From Candidatus Gottesmanbacteria bacterium GW2011_GWA2_43_14 (GTDB lineage: Bacteria > Patescibacteriota > Microgenomatia > 2-02-FULL-39-11): a stretch of DNA of 64,000 bases. Position numbers and translations under genes: made by a program. How positions within the stretch are numbered: position 1 is the stretch's first letter; each line of letters starts with the position of its first letter. Under the pieces are notes generated by a model that was not told where the DNA came from, did no database searches, and saw only the letters and a list, made by a program, of their open reading frames with translations. Location of the stretch: positions 74,230 through 138,229 of the forward strand of contig LCFP01000001.1 in NCBI GenBank assembly GCA_000999095.1, written 5' to 3'. Positions 56,757 to 64,000 of this stretch are shown here, in pieces.

Positions 56757-57419
56757 CTATTTTTGAGCACAGAGGAAAAACTGTTTGCCGAAGATTTTCT
56801 GAAGCGGCTTAAGTTTCAGATAGATGGTCAAAAGCGGCGGCCAGAGGGGCAGATATTTGGCTTTGGTGGTGTAGGGCAAAAAAGGATAACGGTAATCATG
56901 AATCCTGAAACCCAATGAATGCAGAACCTCGGATAATGACAGAAAAGTCAGCGGTACTTTGTGGTCAAAAAAATCCCAATATTCACCGCCCACAAGATTG
57001 ATGTCCGGCTGCATGATCAATAGCCGTCCGCCTTTTTTCAAAATCTGGTGTGCCTCGAGCAGCAGGCGGAAAACATCCTCTTTGGAATCCATGTGCTCCA
57101 GAAAATTGCTCATGAAGATGATGTCAAGGGTATTTGGAAGAAAAAGTTTTTTTAAATTTTTGACCGGCGCAATTTTGACCGAAATACCACGGTCGGCAAT
57201 TTTAGCCAAATCCCTGTTGACATCCAGGGCAATCTTTTTTCCGCAGCTGATGTTATTGATGAATTCACAGTTGCCGGCACCGATGTCCAAAACAGTGTCT
57301 TTCTTTTTAACGTACTGCTGCAGAAAATCCTGACAGAGAATTTTCCACAGCCTGTTTTTCCTGATCCTTTCAAAACTCGTAAACCTGGTATCGTAAAGTC
57401 TTTTAACGTCAAGCATCAT
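56757..57419 (-). CDS. Class I SAM-dependent methyltransferase
   Basis: 220 aa. Motif I VLDIGAGNCEFINN, motif II IIFMSNFLEHM, motif III GGRLLIMQP. Confidence 0.7.
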   Translation of the reverse strand: MMLDVKRLYDTRFTSFERIRKNRLWKILCQDFLQQYVKKKDTVLDIGAGNCEFINNISCGKKIALDVNRDLAKIADRGISVKIAPVKNLKKLFLPNTLDIIFMSNFLEHMDSKEDVFRLLLEAHQILKKGGRLLIMQPDINLVGGEYWDFFDHKVPLTFLSLSEVLHSLGFRIHDYRYPFLPYTTKAKYLPLWPPLLTIYLKLKPLQKIFGKQFFLCAQK

Positions 57420-58129
57420 TAATCAAAAAAACGGTAATAAAATATGGCTTTGATGGCTTCAAAAGCGTCAATTACTGTCAGCTTTTTGCCGGCCAGACGG
57501 TCTCTTCCCCTGTAGCTGATCGGCACTTCAATTATTTTTACCTTTTTACGGATAATTTTTCCGGTTATTTCCGGCTCGAAATCAAAATGGGCAGCCTTCA
57601 GAGACAGATTTTTTACTATTTTGGCCGGCAATAGTTTATAACCTGTTTCCATATCGGTCAAATGCACTCCGTAAGTAATATTGGTAAAAAAAGTTAAAAT
57701 CTTATTGCCAAAAAGATAGGCTTTGGGAATTACCGCCCGTCCTGACATAAATCTTGATCCGTATACTGCAAAAACACCGTTATTCTTTTGTTTTACAAGA
57801 GGCGCCAGCAATTTGCCGATTTCCGATGGATTATACTCAAAGTCAGCATCCTGGACCAGAATATAATCCCCCGAAGCCTCTTTAATGCCTGTTTTAACTG
57901 CCTCTCCTTTACCCGAATTCTTCCGGTGAAAAACAATTTTTAATTTCTTTTTTTCTTTGTCCTTTCCCGGCCATTTTTTCAGGATACCGGCAGTGCCGTC
58001 CGTCGATCCGTCATCAACCACCACAATTTCCGTAGTCACCGGCAACTTAAGATGTAACAGTTTATGCAAAACGGGCGTGATTGTTTTCCTTTCGTTAAAA
58101 ACCGGGACTATGATTGACAGATTCATCAT
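57419..58129 (-). CDS. GT2 polyprenyl-phosphate glycosyltransferase (DPM1/GtrB/ArnC-like)
   Basis: 236 aa. LSIIVPVFNE...EIVVVDDGSTDGT, QDADFEY (DAD motif). The compact size is typical of Dpm1/GtrB-type synthases. Adjacent to GT-C genes. Confidence 0.65.
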   Translation of the reverse strand: MMNLSIIVPVFNERKTITPVLHKLLHLKLPVTTEIVVVDDGSTDGTAGILKKWPGKDKEKKKLKIVFHRKNSGKGEAVKTGIKEASGDYILVQDADFEYNPSEIGKLLAPLVKQKNNGVFAVYGSRFMSGRAVIPKAYLFGNKILTFFTNITYGVHLTDMETGYKLLPAKIVKNLSLKAAHFDFEPEITGKIIRKKVKIIEVPISYRGRDRLAGKKLTVIDAFEAIKAIFYYRFFD

Positions 58130-59172
58130 GCTTTATTTTCAAAAACTTGTTCATATTGGCTGCTGACGTTATCCCAGGAAAATTTTTCCGCCTGCTTTCT
58201 CTGCAGGCTGCCCGGGCCGGCCGATAATGCTTTTTTTATCGCTTTGGCATACGATACCGCATCCTCCACTTTGCAGTAAAAACCGGCCTTTCCTAAAATG
58301 AAGCGGCGGTTTTCATCATCAGGTGCGACAACCGGCAAATTGGCCGCCAGCGCCTCAAGATAGACCAGGCCGAAAGCCTCACTGGATTCAGAAGGCAGGG
58401 AAAAAACGTCGGCTGCCCGGTAATAACCTTGTATCAGCTCATGTCTGATATGCGGAAAATGGTAAAACCGGCCGGGCAGAAGCCTCTCTCCCGAATCAGT
58501 GATTTCCTTTTTCATCGGACCGTCACCGACAACCAGCAGATTAACCCCGGAAAGCCGGGATACAGCCCTGATAAGAAGACCAATCCTCTTATAGGGCAGA
58601 AGCGCTCCTATAGTAATGACCAAAGGGTGATTGAATTGAGTTCTCAGCTTGTGACTGGCGGTAGTTTTACGGAAATTGACACCGTTAGGAATCAATCGGA
58701 CAACCGGAGAAGAAGTCAAATTTTTTGCCCAGGAAAATGCGGCCGGTGTCAGCGCCACAAAAACATCAGGCCGGCCGAACTTCAAGTTGAAATGGTCTTC
58801 GCGCCCCACTCCTGCATGGCCGCTGACCAGCACTCTGCATTTTTTCAGCCCCCTTAACATGCGGCAAATTAAAACCTGGAAACGGCCGTTGACCGGTATC
58901 AGCCAGTCATAGTTTTCCGAAAGTAAAAAAGGCAGGGCTTTTAAAGTGAAATATAGGACAACAAGGTGATAGAAAAAGTCAGATGGCCCGCTGTTGGTGA
59001 TGAAAGGTACACCGTTTATGACTTTTTCCCGGTAGGAAGCTTTGTTTTCGGGACCGCTTTGGACTACCGTTACTTCATGCCTCCTTGACAAACGATGAGC
59101 CAGATTAACCACAAATATTTCCGATCCACGTTCGATGCGGCCGTTATAGATATTTAAAAAAAACAGTTTCAT
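58126..59172 (-). CDS. GT4-family glycosyltransferase
   Basis: 348 aa. C-terminus ESSEAFGLVYLEALAANLPVVAP. Confidence 0.75.
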   Translation of the reverse strand: MKLFFLNIYNGRIERGSEIFVVNLAHRLSRRHEVTVVQSGPENKASYREKVINGVPFITNSGPSDFFYHLVVLYFTLKALPFLLSENYDWLIPVNGRFQVLICRMLRGLKKCRVLVSGHAGVGREDHFNLKFGRPDVFVALTPAAFSWAKNLTSSPVVRLIPNGVNFRKTTASHKLRTQFNHPLVITIGALLPYKRIGLLIRAVSRLSGVNLLVVGDGPMKKEITDSGERLLPGRFYHFPHIRHELIQGYYRAADVFSLPSESSEAFGLVYLEALAANLPVVAPDDENRRFILGKAGFYCKVEDAVSYAKAIKKALSAGPGSLQRKQAEKFSWDNVSSQYEQVFENKA

Positions 59173-59987
59173 TATGCCAGTTTCCTTTTAATTTTCTTCA
59201 GGGGTGTTAAAAACGCTGCCATAAACTCATAAACCATGCCTCTTTCACCTAAAACTTCCGCAACCATTGCCGGTTTTTCTTTTTTATAAAAAATCTCAGG
59301 AATAAATTGACGTTTAAGTTCCAATCCTTTCTCGATTTTGTACTTATTTCGGTTGAAAACAGGATCGTCCTTCATGGATGACCTTTTTAAATACATGGCA
59401 TGGAAAAGATGGCCTTTGGTGAAAATGAATTTTTCCGGGGGATGACGGGTTATCTCAGTATCCGTTTTGTCATAATATCCTTCGAGAGGATATTTGCCGG
59501 CAATATGAAGACCGGACAAAATGTCCGTATTAATCAGTCTGAGAGCGAAATGCCCCTTTTTGCCGAACAAACTGTAAAAACCCGCTGAATCGTCCTGGTA
59601 ATGGTAAATATCACCCAACAAATCATAACGGCCGACGACAATACCCTCCGTTGTCCGGCCTTTCATTTTAACAATCTTGCGGATTTCCGAGGCGGTTTCC
59701 CCGGGATAAACTTCATCGCCGTCAACCAGCCAGATAAAACCGCCGCCGGTTTTTTCCAGCTGTGACTGCCGGAGCCTACTGACGTCTTGGGCTGTTTCAG
59801 CTTTTTCCCGCTTCAGGCTGATTTTCGGATCGCTGAATGATTTAAGAATCCGGTAAGTCTCGTCCGATGAGCCGCTGTCACAAATAAGCACCCGGTCGGC
59901 ATATGGCAGAACCGAAGCCAGACTGTACCAAACGAAGCGGTCTTCGTTTTTAACCAGCATATGAACCGTAATTTTCTTATCAGCCAT
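59172..59987 (-). CDS. GT-A fold glycosyltransferase-like protein (family-2-like)
   Basis: 271 aa. N-terminus HMLVKNEDRFVWYSLASVLPYADRVLICDSGSSDET resembles the GT2 nucleotide-binding region. Contains a DGDE (DxD-like) motif. Confidence 0.45.
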   Translation of the reverse strand: MADKKITVHMLVKNEDRFVWYSLASVLPYADRVLICDSGSSDETYRILKSFSDPKISLKREKAETAQDVSRLRQSQLEKTGGGFIWLVDGDEVYPGETASEIRKIVKMKGRTTEGIVVGRYDLLGDIYHYQDDSAGFYSLFGKKGHFALRLINTDILSGLHIAGKYPLEGYYDKTDTEITRHPPEKFIFTKGHLFHAMYLKRSSMKDDPVFNRNKYKIEKGLELKRQFIPEIFYKKEKPAMVAEVLGERGMVYEFMAAFLTPLKKIKRKLA

Positions 59988-61272
59988 TTTTTCGGCGGAG
60001 AGTAATATAAGCCATCATGGAAGTCAAAACCAATGTCAAGCCGTAGGAAAGTATTAAAGAATAAGCGGCACCGAAACTCCCGAATTTCGGAATGAAATAA
60101 AGATTGCCGAAAAAGACAACTATCAGCTGTAAAACGGCATTGACCGTCAGAATCTGCGGTTTTTTAAGATAATAGATTGATAATGATACAGCCGGCACGG
60201 AAGCGACAAAAAAGAGCATGGCCACTAAAAGCAGTCTGAAAACCGGTACCGCCGGAGCGGCTTTTTGCCCGAAAAGAACAGTCAGGAAAGGCTGGGCAAT
60301 CAGTATCATGCCTACCGTCGACAAAGTCAATAAAAAGGTTGCCAAAATAATTTTAAGCAAAAAAGAATTGAACTCCGGCTTTGTTTTTATCTTGGAGAGT
60401 TTGGGCGCCAATACTGCCGAGAAACTGCCCGACAGAAGCGGATAAATGGAGATGACTCTGGCAGCTATGGAATAAATGCCGGCTTCAGTGGCATTTTTAA
60501 TGGATATAATCATCAGGACATCAAGCCTTGACGACAAGGCAGTCAATCCTCTGGCAATACCTAAAAAAACCGTGAAAGAAAGCAGCTTCTTCAGGTCGCC
60601 GGGCGTGACTTTGACTTTAAGAAAATTGAATTTCACCATGGCAAAGGCAAAAGTGACCAAGAGCAATTGGGATATGAGCTGAATCTGAACAGTCTTTATG
60701 AGGGTCAACGAAAAAGCGGACAGCAATATTAAAAGTAATATCAGCCTGATAATTCCGCCTACGGCGGAAAGTACGGCATTTTGGACGAATCTTTGGCGGG
60801 CAACCAGGGTAAAAAGGGCGAAATTGGACATAATGGTAAAAGAAATGGCCAGCCCAATCAGTCTTACATGCATGGCAAAATCTAGGTTATGAAAGAGTAT
60901 TTGAGAAATGGCCGGCGCCAGGAACATCATAAAAACTAAAACTGCAAGGCTGATGGCAAATTGCAACAGGAAGGAAGTTTTTAAAAAGCTGAGGAGTCTG
61001 TTTGGTTTCTCTTCCATCGGCGGCAGAAATGACGAAAGCGATGAACCTATGCCTATATCGGACAGGTCCGACACCAGAATCATCAGGGATATGAATGCTG
61101 AAAAGTAGCCGAAATCAGCCACCGACAAATTGCGGACCAAAATGACGGTAAAGATGAAAGCGAAAAATGCCGACAGGAAATTGCCTGTAAAAACAGCGTA
61201 AGTATTGCGGGCAGTTGCCGAAAACATAAGCGTCAGAAAAGCTTTCCTATATCGATTTTTAAAGTTATCCAT
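59980..61272 (-). CDS. wzx: Wzx-like oligosaccharide/polysaccharide flippase (MOP superfamily)
   Basis: 430 aa with about 12 TM helices. Wzx/PST-family hydrophobicity pattern and conserved positively charged residues in the N-terminal helices. Confidence 0.65.
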   Translation of the reverse strand: MDNFKNRYRKAFLTLMFSATARNTYAVFTGNFLSAFFAFIFTVILVRNLSVADFGYFSAFISLMILVSDLSDIGIGSSLSSFLPPMEEKPNRLLSFLKTSFLLQFAISLAVLVFMMFLAPAISQILFHNLDFAMHVRLIGLAISFTIMSNFALFTLVARQRFVQNAVLSAVGGIIRLILLLILLSAFSLTLIKTVQIQLISQLLLVTFAFAMVKFNFLKVKVTPGDLKKLLSFTVFLGIARGLTALSSRLDVLMIISIKNATEAGIYSIAARVISIYPLLSGSFSAVLAPKLSKIKTKPEFNSFLLKIILATFLLTLSTVGMILIAQPFLTVLFGQKAAPAVPVFRLLLVAMLFFVASVPAVSLSIYYLKKPQILTVNAVLQLIVVFFGNLYFIPKFGSFGAAYSLILSYGLTLVLTSMMAYITLRRKNG

Positions 61273-62377
61273 ATTTTCTGATAATACGGCAAACAGTGTC
61301 TATTTGCCGGAAAGTCATAGTCGTAAAAGTCGGTAAATTAATTCCATGTCCGGACAGGTACTCGGAAATTTCAAAACTGCCTATCATAAAATAAGGAGGC
61401 TGCCGGTTTATGGGAATGAAAAAAGGACGGCTGTCTATTCCGTTTTTACTTAGCAGTTCAATTAAACGGTCCCGGCTGAGTTTATAAGGCCGGTCAACCG
61501 TCATCGAAAAAAGCCAGCAGACATTTTTTTTATCAGGATGGTTTTTGACAAAATTAATGCCTTCTATCCCCTCCAATTGCTGTTGGTAACGCCGGGAAAT
61601 TGCGTCCCTTATTTCCAAAAATTTATTAATTCTTTCGAGTTGTGCCAGACCGATTGCAGCCTGCATGTTGGTCATTCGGTAATTAAAACCGATTTTCGGA
61701 TGAAAATAGTGCCGGTCCGGTTTTTGTCCGTGATCACGCAGGATTTCCATTTTTTTGAAAAGCTTTGAATCATCGGTTGTAACCATTCCCCCTTCTCCGG
61801 TTGTTATGATTTTATTCCCGTAAAATGAGAAAATACCGGCTATCCCCATCGAACCGACTTTTTTAGGTCCATTAATCCTGTACTCTGCTCCGTGGGCTTC
61901 GGCTGCATCCTCCAATACCCATAAATTTCTTTCTCTGGCAATTTCCAAAATTTCCCCCATTCCGGCCGGATTGCCATATAAATGAACGGCGATTATACCG
62001 CAGGTTCTGTGGGTAATTTTCTTCCGGATTTCCTCCGGATTTATATTCCAACTGCTTCTGTCAACATCAGCCAATACCGCCTTAGCGCCGACAAAACTGA
62101 CGGCGTTGGCGGTGGCGATAAAAGTAAAATCGGGTACAATGACTTCATCCCCGGCTGAAACATCCAAAGCTGCTAAAACCAAATGCAGGGCGGTAGTTCC
62201 GTTTGAAGTTGCCAGGGCATAGCGGGTCCCGGTAAATGCGGCAAATTGCTTTTCAAACAATTCCAGATACTTCCCGGTACTGGAAATCCAGGTAGAATTA
62301 AGGCAATCATTTAAATATCTTTTTTCATTGCCTGAAAGATCGGGAATGACCAGCGGCAATTTAATTTTAGTTTTCAC
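61265..62377 (-). CDS. DegT/DnrJ/EryC1/StrS-family PLP-dependent sugar aminotransferase
   Basis: 370 aa. PLP-Lys context FSFYGNKIITTGEGG. N-terminus LPLVIPDLSGNEKRYLNDCLNS. Confidence 0.8.
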   Translation of the reverse strand: MKTKIKLPLVIPDLSGNEKRYLNDCLNSTWISSTGKYLELFEKQFAAFTGTRYALATSNGTTALHLVLAALDVSAGDEVIVPDFTFIATANAVSFVGAKAVLADVDRSSWNINPEEIRKKITHRTCGIIAVHLYGNPAGMGEILEIARERNLWVLEDAAEAHGAEYRINGPKKVGSMGIAGIFSFYGNKIITTGEGGMVTTDDSKLFKKMEILRDHGQKPDRHYFHPKIGFNYRMTNMQAAIGLAQLERINKFLEIRDAISRRYQQQLEGIEGINFVKNHPDKKNVCWLFSMTVDRPYKLSRDRLIELLSKNGIDSRPFFIPINRQPPYFMIGSFEISEYLSGHGINLPTFTTMTFRQIDTVCRIIRKYG

Positions 62378-63954
62378 TTTTTGGGGGACAGGATAAAGAC
62401 GTGGACATTTTCATAAATTTCATCTGACAGGATGTTAAATTCCGTCAAAAACTGCAGCTTGGATTCCTGCCATTTAACCAACAGCTCATTCGGCAGCCTG
62501 GGATCAATCATAGACAGCAGGACTATCTTTCCGGGATTACCCTGCTTCCGGTCATAATAGAGCCAGTCATAGTAGCTGTCCATGTATGAATGAACCGGTT
62601 TGCCTACATAATGCTCATAGAGATAACGCCAGCCGCCGAATCGCGGGCACTCTCCCAATGCTTCCAGTGAATATTCTTCCTGTTCTACGGCTTTTTGGGA
62701 ATAATCAAGTACAGCCATTTTTCCGGTATATGAGTAGCTGGAAAAAGCAGTGCCCAAAGTAATTACATTACCCAGAAGGAACATGAAACAGACGGTTGCC
62801 CCCAGATAAACCAGATCTTCATTTCGCCACAAACTTTCTACGGCTACACCTAAAATTATGGCCAGGTAAGGCAAAAGCCAAAGAAGATAATACTCGAAAA
62901 ATGCCCCGGGATAGAAAATGACGGCTGCCAGTCCCAAGAGCAATACTGAACCGATTATGCCCAATCCCAGATTATCCGGCAGAAGTCTTTTGTGGCTGAA
63001 AAATGATTTCATTTTGTGGAAGGCAACTTTGATAAATAAACCGATTCCCGCCAGAGCAAGCAGGATAATTTCGGGATAGGCGTCTTTGCGGAATGCTGTC
63101 AACTCCCGGCATTGCCCGTTTTCCAGGAATAAATCGGGACGCGGCGGAATCCAGAAAAACCTGCCCAAGGTATTAAATAAAAGCCTTATCCTGTCGCTAA
63201 AAGAGGCAAACAATCCTCCGCCTCTTATCTGTGACAGCAGTGAAAAAAAAGCCTTCAAATTGGGAAAATCATGGCGTAGTTCGAAAAGCAGTAGCGGCAG
63301 CTGCAGTAGCAAAAAAACAGCCACAGCCCAAATAATAATTTTCCGGCCGAAATGACGTTTATATTTTACCGTCAAAAAGAGTATTAAAGGAGCCAGCATC
63401 CAGACGGACAGATGGCTGTGCAAACCCAAACCGAAAAAGAAAGCCGCAGCCAGCAGGTATTTTTTATTGTCGGTCATTGACCGGTAGAGGAAATAACCGA
63501 TTAATAGAGAAAACAGGGGCATCAGCATCGGATTCCAGTACTGCCTGTCGTAATAAGATGTCAAAAAAGAAACGGCATAGAAAAAGGCAGCCAAAAGCGC
63601 TGCCCGCCTGTTAACCATTTTTTTAGCAACAAGAAAAACAACCAGGGTGGTCATCACTCCCAGGGATGAGGCAAAAATGGCAAAGCCTGCGGGATTTCCT
63701 CCGAAAAGAAGGTAAGGCAAAGCGGAAAAATAAATGAATAATGGCCCAAGGTACAGGCCGGTATCGGCAGCGTTTACCCCGATGAGCGGAAAATGGGCGC
63801 CTTCGACAATATTTTTGGCCAGGAAAGCTTCATATTCCTGGTCCATACCGAAGGCAAACCAGTCTGTCAGATGGTAAAACCTGAACAGGAAAGCCAGGAC
63901 CAAAACGCCCAGAAGCAATATCCTGATCCTACTTATTTTTTTGAGCTTGCTCAT
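62374..63954 (-). CDS. GT-C fold membrane glycosyltransferase (ArnT/PMT-like). Paralogue of the protein at 54578-56152.
   Basis: 526 aa, polytopic. First loop FGMDQEYEAFLAKN (DE motif). Shares FFYAVSFL and a C-terminal soluble domain with the 54578-56152 protein. Confidence 0.6.
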   Translation of the reverse strand: MSKLKKISRIRILLLGVLVLAFLFRFYHLTDWFAFGMDQEYEAFLAKNIVEGAHFPLIGVNAADTGLYLGPLFIYFSALPYLLFGGNPAGFAIFASSLGVMTTLVVFLVAKKMVNRRAALLAAFFYAVSFLTSYYDRQYWNPMLMPLFSLLIGYFLYRSMTDNKKYLLAAAFFFGLGLHSHLSVWMLAPLILFLTVKYKRHFGRKIIIWAVAVFLLLQLPLLLFELRHDFPNLKAFFSLLSQIRGGGLFASFSDRIRLLFNTLGRFFWIPPRPDLFLENGQCRELTAFRKDAYPEIILLALAGIGLFIKVAFHKMKSFFSHKRLLPDNLGLGIIGSVLLLGLAAVIFYPGAFFEYYLLWLLPYLAIILGVAVESLWRNEDLVYLGATVCFMFLLGNVITLGTAFSSYSYTGKMAVLDYSQKAVEQEEYSLEALGECPRFGGWRYLYEHYVGKPVHSYMDSYYDWLYYDRKQGNPGKIVLLSMIDPRLPNELLVKWQESKLQFLTEFNILSDEIYENVHVFILSPKK

Positions 63955-64000
63955 GAGTAACTAGGAAATATTGTAACAAAAATCCTGTTATAAAGATAAA

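Noticed and set aside
57152-57412. 86-aa minus-strand ORF and 124-aa plus-strand ORF overlapping the 56757-57419 methyltransferase
   Set aside because: They are alternative-frame or antisense ORFs within a gene that carries clear MTase motifs I-III.
1-64000. Search for CRISPR arrays, tRNA/rRNA genes, transposases or integrases and phage genes
   Set aside because: I found no spacer-repeat arrays, no cloverleaf-compatible tRNA-sized intergenic segments (intergenic gaps are mostly under 60 bp), and no DDE or tyrosine-recombinase-like ORFs. The only direct repeat found is the 2x20-bp mraZ leader repeat.

Overview
This 64 kb window looks like it comes from a compact, uncultured bacterial genome; a CPR/Patescibacteria-like origin is my inference, not something the sequence proves. 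Almost all genes are on the minus strand and are tightly packed or overlapping, with no rRNA, tRNA, CRISPR or transposase detected.

The window holds three blocks.

(1) Positions 1-5995: a partial SEDS/RodA-like gene, isoleucyl-tRNA synthetase, and a low-GC islet that carries an acyltransferase-3 membrane protein and an orphan SAM-methyltransferase.

(2) Positions 5996-29727: an expanded division/cell-wall (dcw) cluster, mraZ-rsmH-ftsL-ftsI-murE-pgeF-murC-murB-murA-glmU-glmS-hydrolase-murF-degT-femAB-dgkA-mraY-ftsW-murG-ftsQ-ftsA-ftsZ. No murD is present. MurF carries an N-terminal polytopic membrane domain and MurE lacks its N-terminal domain. A perfect tandem 20-bp repeat lies between a sigma70-like promoter and mraZ and is a candidate MraZ operator.

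(3) Positions 29728-63954: a PilM/FtsA-like protein fused to a LytR_C domain, glyQS, recO, a large membrane-anchored hypothetical protein, and then a ~28 kb surface-glycan locus. That locus holds an initiating phosphoglycosyl transferase, ManC, seven or more GT4 and four or more GT2 enzymes, a DPM1-like polyprenyl-phosphate sugar synthase, four GT-C fold membrane glycosyltransferases, a Wzx flippase, a second DegT aminotransferase, three methyltransferases, an O-acetyltransferase and an LtaS-like sulfatase. One GT-C is fused to an O-antigen-ligase/Wzy-like domain in a 1031-aa protein, and another gene fuses a putative kinase-like domain to a methyltransferase.

The glycan locus, which appears to combine two lipid-linked routes (Und-PP assembly with Wzx flipping, plus polyprenyl-P-sugar donors used by GT-C enzymes), is the most likely undescribed system in this window.
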